A stretch of DNA of 57,701 nucleotides, taken from NCBI GenBank assembly GCA_963922815.1, contig CAWUKD010000004.1, positions 1 through 57,701 of the forward strand. Direction: 5' to 3'. The translations under genes were made by a program, and so were the position numbers. This DNA comes from an uncultured Gammaproteobacteria bacterium (lineage in GTDB: Bacteria; Pseudomonadota; Gammaproteobacteria; Steroidobacterales; SZUA-146). A model generated the notes under the pieces. It made no database searches, had not been told where the DNA came from, and was given only the letters and a program-made list of their open reading frames with translations. This document shows, piece after piece, positions 39,989 through 48,003 of this stretch (position 1 is its first letter; each line of letters begins with the position of its first letter).

Positions 39989-40697
39989 GACGCTCTTCCA
40001 CCATTCGGGTCGCCATGTTGGCGGCCTCAGCCGCGTCCCGACAGTAACCGTCAGCCCCAACGGCGGTACCGAACTCTTCGTTCAGGGGCGCACCGCCTAC
40101 CAGAACAATGTAATCATCTCTTACGCCGCGAGCGACCATCTCATCGATAACGACTTTCATATAAGGCATGGTCGTGGTCAGCAGTGCCGACATACCGAGA
40201 ATGTCCGGCTGGTGCTCTTCAATGGCCGCGAAGTAATCCTCAACCGCGTTGTTAATGCCAATATCGATCACTTCAAAGCCGGCGCCCTCGAGCATCATGG
40301 CGACGAGATTCTTGCCAATATCGTGGATATCACCTTTCACCGTGCCAATGACCATCTTGCCAACGGGTTTGGCACCGGTTTCGGCCAGCAGAGGACGCAG
40401 AATCCCCATGCCGCCTTTCATGGCGTTGGCCGCGAGTAACACTTCGGGAACAAACAGGATGCCATCGCGAAAATCGATGCCGACGATTTTCATGCCGGCA
40501 ACCAGGGCTTCGTTCAAAACGCGCTCCGCGCTCCAACCGCGCTCCAGCAGGATTGACGTGCCCTGAACAATCTCCTCTTTGAGACCGTCGTACAGATCAT
40601 CGTGCATCTGTTCGACAAGTTCTTCGGTCGACAACGTCGTCAGATCCAGCTCTTCGTCGTCATCCTGGTCTTGTGATTGATCAGCGTGTTCGTTCAT
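39972..40697 (-). CDS. Corrinoid (B12-binding) methyl-carrier protein
   Basis: B12 cap plus GTVKGDIHDIGKNLV (DxHxxG), MSALLTTT, VGGAP. Confidence 0.95.
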   Translation of the reverse strand: MNEHADQSQDQDDDEELDLTTLSTEELVEQMHDDLYDGLKEEIVQGTSILLERGWSAERVLNEALVAGMKIVGIDFRDGILFVPEVLLAANAMKGGMGILRPLLAETGAKPVGKMVIGTVKGDIHDIGKNLVAMMLEGAGFEVIDIGINNAVEDYFAAIEEHQPDILGMSALLTTTMPYMKVVIDEMVARGVRDDYIVLVGGAPLNEEFGTAVGADGYCRDAAEAANMATRMVEERRAAAG

Positions 40698-40787
40698 CGT
40701 ACTCGTCCTCGTGTCGGGGCCGCACCTTCGTGCATCGTCGACACTAGCGTTACAGGGTGTGCAATGCCTATATTCATTTCACAGTTC

Positions 40788-42326
40788 TTAGTAATTCATA
40801 TCCGGAAACTCGGCCTTCCGGCGCGCCATATAATCCAGCAGCGCTTCATCCACCGCCGGATCCAGCTCAGGCGCCACATATTCGGCCAGCATCGATTTCC
40901 AAAGTGCGTTGGCTCGCTGGCTGGCATCCAGTTCGCCGTCCTCGGTCCACTGCTCGAAGCTGTTATTGTCCGCCATCGTCGAGCGGTAGAACGCATCCTC
41001 AAAATTGGCCTGCGTGTGTGCAGCGCCAAGATAATGAGCGCCCGGTCCGACTTCACGGATGGCATCCATGGCCTGACCATTTTCAGACAGGTCGACGCCC
41101 TTCAAAAGCACTGACATCATGGCGGCCTGGTCGGCATCCATGACGAATTTTTCGTAGCTCATCACCAGACCACCCTCCAGCCATCCTGCGGTATGCAGCA
41201 TGAAATTGACGCCCGCCAGTGCGGCCGTCTGCAGGGTGTTGGCGGCCTCATAGGCCGCCTGAGCATCGGGTAACTTGGAGGCACACAGACCGCCACCGCT
41301 GCGAAACGGTACGCCAAGTCGGCGCGCCAACTGGGCGGCTGCGTAAAGCACCAGGCTGGGTTCAGCCGTGCCGAAGGTTGGCGCGCCGGACTGCATGGAC
41401 ATGGCACTTGAAAACGTGCCAAACACCACAGGCGCGCCCGGTCGTACGAGCTGCACGTACGCCATGCCTGCCAGAGCTTCCGCGAGTATCTGTGTCAGTG
41501 TTCCTGCCACAGTAACCGGAGACATAGCCCCGGCGACGATAAACGGAGAGATAACAGTTGCCTGCATGTTTTCCGCGTAGACACGCGCCGACCCGAGCAT
41601 CAGGCTGTCATAGGACATCGGTGAATTGACGTTGATCAGGCTGGTCATCACGGTGTTGTTGCGGGCGAATTCATCACCGAACACCAGCTTGCACATGTCC
41701 ACGGAATCCTGCGCCCGGCTTTCGTGAGTGACCGAACCCATGAACGGTTTGTCGCTGTACTTGAGATGGCTGTACACCATATCGAAGTGCCGCTTGTTGA
41801 CGGGCAGTTCAACCGGCTCACAAACCGTGCCGCCGGAGTGATGCAGCCCCGGCGCCATGTAGGCAAGCTTGACGAAATTTTGAAAGTCTTCGAGCGTTGC
41901 GTAACGCCTGCCCTTGTCGAGATCCCGCACAAACGGCGACCCGTAAGCCGGAACCAGTACAGTGCGTTTACCGCCAATAACGGTCGATCGCGCCGGGTTG
42001 CGCGCATGCTGAGTAAACTCGGCGGGAGCCGAGGCCTGAATTAGTTGTCGACACAAACCCCGCGGAAAACGCACGCGCTCTCCATCGACATCAGCACCAG
42101 CGTTGCGCCACAACTCCAGCGCATCCGGCGTCTCCAGGAAGTTAATACCCACTTCTTCCAGCACCGTATCGGCGTTGTGCTCTATCGTTTCCAGCGCCTC
42201 GTCGGACAACATGTTGTAGTACGGTATGGCACGATCAATATACGAACTGATTTGCAGTTGATCTTCCTGCCGCGCCGCGCGTTTCGCCCGACGTCCGCCC
42301 GAGCGTCGCCCTCTTCGTGCTGTCAT
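40788..42326 (-). CDS. MttB-family non-pyrrolysine methyltransferase (MtgB-like)
   Basis: PAYGSPF, SGGTVCEP, INVNSP, PGAPVVFGTF, KLPDAQAAYEA, HTAGWLEGGL; no in-frame amber; likely ATG at 42326. Confidence 0.92.
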   Translation of the reverse strand: MTARRGRRSGGRRAKRAARQEDQLQISSYIDRAIPYYNMLSDEALETIEHNADTVLEEVGINFLETPDALELWRNAGADVDGERVRFPRGLCRQLIQASAPAEFTQHARNPARSTVIGGKRTVLVPAYGSPFVRDLDKGRRYATLEDFQNFVKLAYMAPGLHHSGGTVCEPVELPVNKRHFDMVYSHLKYSDKPFMGSVTHESRAQDSVDMCKLVFGDEFARNNTVMTSLINVNSPMSYDSLMLGSARVYAENMQATVISPFIVAGAMSPVTVAGTLTQILAEALAGMAYVQLVRPGAPVVFGTFSSAMSMQSGAPTFGTAEPSLVLYAAAQLARRLGVPFRSGGGLCASKLPDAQAAYEAANTLQTAALAGVNFMLHTAGWLEGGLVMSYEKFVMDADQAAMMSVLLKGVDLSENGQAMDAIREVGPGAHYLGAAHTQANFEDAFYRSTMADNNSFEQWTEDGELDASQRANALWKSMLAEYVAPELDPAVDEALLDYMARRKAEFPDMNY

Positions 42327-42385
42327 TGCTCTTCCCGTTGAACTTGCCAACCGCTTAGAAACACGTCTAAGTCTATGATTCATCG

Positions 42386-42449
42386 AGTGTGCAACGCTTT
42401 TTGGTGCACTGCCTACGCATGACCGACACGGACTTTACCGTGAGCGACA
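42386..42449 (-). promoter_or_regulatory. Activator-dependent promoter for the methyltransferase operon
   Basis: Minus strand TGTCGC-N15-TGTCGG (21-bp period), with CACACT 37 bp after the second repeat start. Confidence 0.6.
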
Positions 42450-42542
42450 ATTCGAAACCGTAACCCGTTGTTTATTCTCCGATAAGTAATAGTCTAATTG
42501 CGACGGGCGCCTGGAAATCACTGACCAGCCCCCCAAACGCAA

Positions 42543-42567
42543 CGCGGCCGGGACAAGCCCGGCCGCG
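42543..42567. terminator. GC hairpin, probable terminator of the surface-protein gene
   Basis: CGCGGCCGGG-ACAAG-CCCGGCCGCG perfect 10-bp stem 20 bp past the stop; weak U-tail. Confidence 0.55.
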
Positions 42568-42586
42568 CAGAAGATTTGGCACTACC

Positions 42587-45262
42587 TTACGGTAGCGCAA
42601 TCCCACTCGGCCCAGGAGGACCGAAGAAGTAGTTTTGCATGATAACGGAATCGACGAAGTTAACGACATTGTCGCCGTTAAGATCGGCATCCAGTCCCGA
42701 ACCGGTTTGCAAAAAGGCGTCTGAAAACTCTGCAAGGTCCTCGAAATTAACCGTTCCGTCGTTATTCAGATCCGGATCACAGACGTTGCCGTAACCGTCT
42801 CCGTGCGTATCACGCTGATCGGGATTGGATACGAGCATACAGTTATCCAGATCGTTGGCGACACCATCGCCATCAGAGTCAAGAAACTCTGGTGAGGGTG
42901 TCGTACAAACTTCCAGACCCCAGCCGACGAGAGTTCCGCCATCAGCCGGATAGCTGTCGCTGACGATCAGCGTCCAGTCTCCGGTGCCCGGGTTTCCGAC
43001 AAAGGGCGACATGCTGTTGCTGGGCTTGTGAGTGCCCTGATCATTGTAGGGGCACGGGAGGTCTGTCGGTGCATCGTCGTCGAGACTCACATGGAAGTTG
43101 TCGAGGCTGCCGCAGCTTTCTTCAATGAGTCGTACCAATGCGTTCTCGGCATGACGGTTGTTACCCGGGCCACGATGAGAATGCAGCTGTGGTCCCTGCA
43201 ATTGGAACGTAAGATCGCCAAGATACGAGTGGTTCCCGCGAAGCGCTATGACATTTACATCCACCACCTCACCGGGTGCGTCCGTCGTCAATATTGACGA
43301 AATCGAATTCACGGTTGTCGCCGGAATGGTTTTTGGCACATCAAAACTGGTGTAGAGGTTGCACTGAGGCGCGGCGGTCGTAAATGAAGCCACGTCCGAT
43401 GTGGAACTTCCACAGGCATTGTGTGCTGTAACGCGCCAATAGAGCGTCGAGTCACTCGGCAATGCCCCTGCGGCGTATGTGGGCTGTGACAGCCCTATTG
43501 CATTCACCACAATGTCGCTAAACGCCGCATCAGTAGCTACCTGAACATCGTAACGGAATGCCCCGTCAACGGGCGTCCAGTGAAGCGCCTGGTTCGCCGA
43601 CACATTGGTTGCCGTATCGAGTGGCAATTCAACCGCGGCACTTGCTGGAATACTGTCCGACACCTCTACATCAAGATCAACCGACGCCCGCTCCTTACCG
43701 GCATCACCGTCAATCGTGAGGCGATACTGCCCCGAGACCGCTTTGTTGACATCAATATCGATACCAACCGTTGCGGGCGGCACCAGAATATTCTCAGAGA
43801 GTGTTACAGCCATGCTGGCAGGGGCTCCCTGAATTGTCAGATTGACGTTGTCGACAAAGCCTTCTGTAGCGGTCAGCTCCAGCTGGGCCGACGCGCTGCC
43901 AGCACCACACACATCCAGCCGATCCGGATTAACGTCCAGCTCGAACGTAGGCGCCAGTGTCGTGGGCTTGAGAACAAACAAGCCGGACTCGATGCCACTG
44001 ACAACGACAACGCCGCTCTCGTAGTACGGGTACGTACTCCAGGCACCGTTAAAGTTAGCCCCGTCATTGGACGGATAAATATCGAAAAAGCCTTCCTCGG
44101 TTAGAACGGCATTGGCCGGATCCTTGGTCTCCAGAATTCGCAGACCAGCCCGATAGTTCGCCTGAAACGCGTAGTCACCTTTGACATACATGTTGTGGTC
44201 GATTGCGGCCGTGCTGCTGAGATAGGAACCCACCAGAAAGGGCGCCGATGGATCACTGACGTCGAACACGCGGGTCTTGGTGTTATGGCCCTGTCCGGAC
44301 TCGTCGAGTTCATCATCCAGCAGGAAGTAATTGTGATCTTCGGTCAGCCACCCCTGGTGCGTGTAAGCCGAGTTGGCGTAGGGCAGCCGGGCCAGTTGAA
44401 CCGGATTGGCTTTATCGGTCACATCAACAATCGTCAACGTGTCTTCATTCGAGTTAAAGCAAATTTCGCTGCCGTGGTGCCACCGGTGAGCAACGCCACC
44501 GAACACAACACACTGGGCGTCATGGGTATAGCCGTCATCCGAATAGCACCCGGAAAACGTTGGATTCGCCGGAGAAGAAACGTCAATCATGTGCAGGCCA
44601 CCCGAACACGTATTCGTGCCGACAGCGTAAGCAAAACCCGTTTCCTCGTTCATGACGATATTGTGTGCGTTGCCAAACTCGCCGTAATGGGTTGTGTTGG
44701 AAAACGTCTGTGGCGTCGTCACGGTGCGAAGCTGCCTCAGGTCGAACACCTGCATGCCATGACCACCGGCCTCACTGACAATGTACGCATGGTTTTTCGA
44801 TACCTTGATGTCGCGCCACGTCGAATTATTCGTATGCGTGGGCAGGTTACCCAGATACACCGGGTTCATCGGGTCTGAAATATCAACGAACGCGGTGCCG
44901 TTGGTTCGACCCATGATGGCGTATTCTTTACCGGTCATGACGTCCGTCCAGCCCCAGATGTCATTGCCGCTACCACCGCCAATGTCGGCAAGCGGCAGAA
45001 ACGCCATCAGGTCTATGTTGTTACACGGATAGGGACCGGCAAAACCACCCGTACACGCGGTTGGCGCCATCGCCCGGGTCATCGGTGCTTCAACATCGAC
45101 CGCCTTCACGGTGCCGATGGGAGAAAACGTGGCAGGCGTCAGACTCTTAATGTCGCTCTTGCCCTGAGGTGTTCCCACCGGACAGGACCACACGGGTACC
45201 GCCAGCATCGCCATAACCGGCACCAGTACGGCGCGGGCCAAGGATATGATCCTTCGATTCAT
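42587..45262 (-). CDS. Choice-of-anchor B family secreted protein (LVIVD repeats + FN3-like + P-domain + TSP3/dockerin-like tail)
   Basis: GNDIWGWTD, WRDIK, HNIVMN, YTHDAQCV, HQGWL, FNGAWSTYPY; proprotein-convertase P-like GDWTLIVSD...LVGWGL; DSDGDG/DLNNDG loops. Confidence 0.85.
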   Translation of the reverse strand: MNRRIISLARAVLVPVMAMLAVPVWSCPVGTPQGKSDIKSLTPATFSPIGTVKAVDVEAPMTRAMAPTACTGGFAGPYPCNNIDLMAFLPLADIGGGSGNDIWGWTDVMTGKEYAIMGRTNGTAFVDISDPMNPVYLGNLPTHTNNSTWRDIKVSKNHAYIVSEAGGHGMQVFDLRQLRTVTTPQTFSNTTHYGEFGNAHNIVMNEETGFAYAVGTNTCSGGLHMIDVSSPANPTFSGCYSDDGYTHDAQCVVFGGVAHRWHHGSEICFNSNEDTLTIVDVTDKANPVQLARLPYANSAYTHQGWLTEDHNYFLLDDELDESGQGHNTKTRVFDVSDPSAPFLVGSYLSSTAAIDHNMYVKGDYAFQANYRAGLRILETKDPANAVLTEEGFFDIYPSNDGANFNGAWSTYPYYESGVVVVSGIESGLFVLKPTTLAPTFELDVNPDRLDVCGAGSASAQLELTATEGFVDNVNLTIQGAPASMAVTLSENILVPPATVGIDIDVNKAVSGQYRLTIDGDAGKERASVDLDVEVSDSIPASAAVELPLDTATNVSANQALHWTPVDGAFRYDVQVATDAAFSDIVVNAIGLSQPTYAAGALPSDSTLYWRVTAHNACGSSTSDVASFTTAAPQCNLYTSFDVPKTIPATTVNSISSILTTDAPGEVVDVNVIALRGNHSYLGDLTFQLQGPQLHSHRGPGNNRHAENALVRLIEESCGSLDNFHVSLDDDAPTDLPCPYNDQGTHKPSNSMSPFVGNPGTGDWTLIVSDSYPADGGTLVGWGLEVCTTPSPEFLDSDGDGVANDLDNCMLVSNPDQRDTHGDGYGNVCDPDLNNDGTVNFEDLAEFSDAFLQTGSGLDADLNGDNVVNFVDSVIMQNYFFGPPGPSGIALP

Positions 45263-45418
45263 GCTTGTTCCCCTAGTTTGGAATGAGGCGTCCTTCTTTT
45301 TCGGGACACTTGTTTATATCAGCCGTACACAGTATAGAGATCGGGTTCTATCCCGCAAATTACGAAGATCATGGAAGTTGCCATAATCCACAATCAATCA
45401 ACATGTTACGAACACATG

Positions 45419-46291
45419 TCAGGTTTTTGCGTGGCCGATGCGTTGGGCAGCCTGAAGCGTGTTGCGCAATAAACACGCGATGGTCATGGGACCCACTCCG
45501 CCAGGCACCGGCGTAATCGCCCCGGCGACATCAGCGGCGCCATCAAAATCAACGTCTCCGACGAGACGCCCCTTCCCGCCCTCTTCTGCATCGATCCGGT
45601 TTATCCCGACGTCAATGACAATGGCCCCCGGCTTGATCCAGTCCGCCTTGATCATTTCGGGACGCCCGACGGCTGCTACCAGAATGTCAGCCGTGCGGCA
45701 TAACGCAGGCAGATCGCGGGTACGTGAATGAGCTATGGTGACGGTACAGCTTTCGCCCAGCAACAATAGCGCCATGGGTTTGCCGACAATGTTCGATCTC
45801 CCTACCACCACCGCGTTCATGCCGGACAACTCAACGCCCCGTTCTTTGAGCATTAACCAGCAACCCAGCGGCGTACAGGGTACAAATCCTTCTTCACCGA
45901 CCACCAGCTTGCCCACATTGTCGATGTGAAATCCGTCTACGTCTTTGGCTGGAGAAATCGCATTGATAACCTGCTGTTCATCGATATGCCTTGGCAGAGG
46001 CAGCTGTACCAGAATTCCGTGCACGGCATTATCGTTGTTCAACTGCTCCACCAGTGCAAGAAGCTCTTCCTGTGAAGTAGTCTCGGGCAGCTCGTGCGTA
46101 AAGGAGTTAAATCCGGCTTCTTTGGCCATCTTGCCTTTACTGCGAACGTAGACCTGGCTGGCCGGATCAGAACCTACAATCACAACCGCCAAACCAGGCG
46201 TGATTCCCGTGGCAACCAGTTCCGCCGTGTCAGCTGCAATGGTCTCTCGCAGAGCTTTTGCGTGTGCCTTTCCGTCGATCAAATCTGCCAT
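45419..46291 (-). CDS. folD: Methylenetetrahydrofolate dehydrogenase/cyclohydrolase
   Basis: [52 protein letters not shown]. Confidence 0.97.
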   Translation of the reverse strand: MADLIDGKAHAKALRETIAADTAELVATGITPGLAVVIVGSDPASQVYVRSKGKMAKEAGFNSFTHELPETTSQEELLALVEQLNNDNAVHGILVQLPLPRHIDEQQVINAISPAKDVDGFHIDNVGKLVVGEEGFVPCTPLGCWLMLKERGVELSGMNAVVVGRSNIVGKPMALLLLGESCTVTIAHSRTRDLPALCRTADILVAAVGRPEMIKADWIKPGAIVIDVGINRIDAEEGGKGRLVGDVDFDGAADVAGAITPVPGGVGPMTIACLLRNTLQAAQRIGHAKT

Positions 46292-46583
46292 GCCTGAATA
46301 CTCCCCAAAGTTATTGATACACGATCACGAGATACCGCCAACACGCCAGTATCGCCCGGACACCGGACCCATTGCGGACCTGTGCCCGAAGGAATGGCGA
46401 CACTTTAAGCCGGATCGGGCAGAAACTCCACGGTCGATTCCATTTCATCGACAAAATACCAATGGACGATGCTCCAGAGCGATACACCGTGCCAGACTGC
46501 CTTCTGTCCTGCCCATGCAAGATGCGGGCAGACACGGATCGGTTCACGGCGTAGAATGCGCTGTCGCCTCCGAGGAGTACTGC

Positions 46584-47972
46584 GTGCGAGTAACACCTGA
46601 CGATATTCTGAACGGCCCGATCTCGCCCGTATTGCGCCGGATGACCATTCCAATGGTCTATGGCATTGCCGCCATGTTTCTGTTCCAGACGGTCGACCTG
46701 TACTTCATCAGCCTGCTGGGCACGCGTGAACTGGCCGCCATTTCCTATACGTTCCCGGTTACCTTCACGATCATCAGTCTGACCATTGGCATCACGATTG
46801 CGCTTTCCATCACGGTAGGCAAGGCCATTGGCGCCGGGCGGCGAGATACGGCGGCCCGCATTACCACTAACGCCATGCTGCTGGGAATAGTTATCGTGGC
46901 GTTTATTGCGTACGCAGGCATTCAATCGGTCGAAGTGTTATTCACGGCGCTCGGCGCTTCCCCGGACACGATCGTTCTGATCCACGAGTATATCGACATC
47001 TGGTATCTCTTCTGCGCCTTCCTGGTTGTTCCCTATATTGGCAATTCGGCCATTCGGGCCACAGGGGACACCGTATGGCCCAGCATCCTCATGATCGGCA
47101 GCGGTCTGGTCAATATCATTCTCGACCCTCTGTTCATATTCGGAATCGGTCCGTTTCCGGAACTTGGAATGCGCGGTGCCGCGGTGGCCACAGCGATTGC
47201 GTGGATTGTGTCCTTCGCCGGTTCGCTTTGGTTGCTGGGTGTACGTGAAAAGCTGCTGGTGATTGCCGTGCCCAAAGCGCGCCAGTTTTTCGACGACAGC
47301 TGGCAACTGTTCAAACTCGGGACGCCCATCTCGTTGGCAAACATGGCAGTGCCGCTCGGTGGCGCGGTTTTGACCAAGCTGGTCTCGGCCCACGGTGAAA
47401 CGGCAGTGGCGGCATTCGGAACCGGAAGCCGTATCGACGGATTTGCCATGGTTGTATCGTTTGCGCTGACCTCGGCTCTTTCGCCCTACATGGCTCAGAA
47501 CATCGGTGCCAGAAACACCGCAAGGGCCCGAGAGGCGCTGTTTATTGCGCTGAAATTCGGTTTCCTGTTTCAGCTCGCCGTCTATGTCGTTCTGATTGCC
47601 ATCAGCGGCTATATCGGTCAGGTGTTCAGTGACGATCCGAATGTCATCGAAAACGTCAAATTGTACCTTTGGATCATGCCACTGGCAGGCGCCTTCTACG
47701 CGCTGTTTATTATCTACAACACAGCGTTTAACGCGGCCGGAAAATCAGGGCTGACACTGTTCGGCACCGTCATACGGCTGGTCGTACTGGTTATTCCACT
47801 GGCGTGGATTGGCCAGCGCTACTTTGGACTTATCGGAGTTTTTGTCGGCGTTCTTGTCGGTAATGCGCTCAGTGCGCTGTTCAGCACCTGGCTGTACCGC
47901 AGGTCTCTCGCCTCAACGCTTGAGGGAACAGAACCCGGACCACGTGCGGAGGCTGCGGAAACCCCCGAGTAA
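46584..47972 (+). CDS. MATE-family efflux transporter
   Basis: TVDLYFISLLG, ATGDT, NIILDPLFIFG, GMRGAAVAT; GAGGAG RBS before GTG at 46584 (the track's 46200 start is over-extended). Confidence 0.9.
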   Translation: MRVTPDDILNGPISPVLRRMTIPMVYGIAAMFLFQTVDLYFISLLGTRELAAISYTFPVTFTIISLTIGITIALSITVGKAIGAGRRDTAARITTNAMLLGIVIVAFIAYAGIQSVEVLFTALGASPDTIVLIHEYIDIWYLFCAFLVVPYIGNSAIRATGDTVWPSILMIGSGLVNIILDPLFIFGIGPFPELGMRGAAVATAIAWIVSFAGSLWLLGVREKLLVIAVPKARQFFDDSWQLFKLGTPISLANMAVPLGGAVLTKLVSAHGETAVAAFGTGSRIDGFAMVVSFALTSALSPYMAQNIGARNTARAREALFIALKFGFLFQLAVYVVLIAISGYIGQVFSDDPNVIENVKLYLWIMPLAGAFYALFIIYNTAFNAAGKSGLTLFGTVIRLVVLVIPLAWIGQRYFGLIGVFVGVLVGNALSALFSTWLYRRSLASTLEGTEPGPRAEAAETPE

Positions 47973-48003
47973 CATACGACAATGCACACGGTATAAATAA
48001 CAC

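Noticed and set aside
40788-42383. Pyrrolysine recoding in the MttB homologue
   Set aside because: No in-frame TAG and no pyl genes in the window.
42384-42586. Cobalamin riboswitch ahead of the corrinoid operon
   Set aside because: No B12-box consensus visible; the region is explained by a terminator hairpin and an activator-type promoter.
46200-46583. 128-aa N-terminal extension of MATE
   Set aside because: Overlaps the folD start on the opposite strand; a strong RBS supports GTG at 46584.
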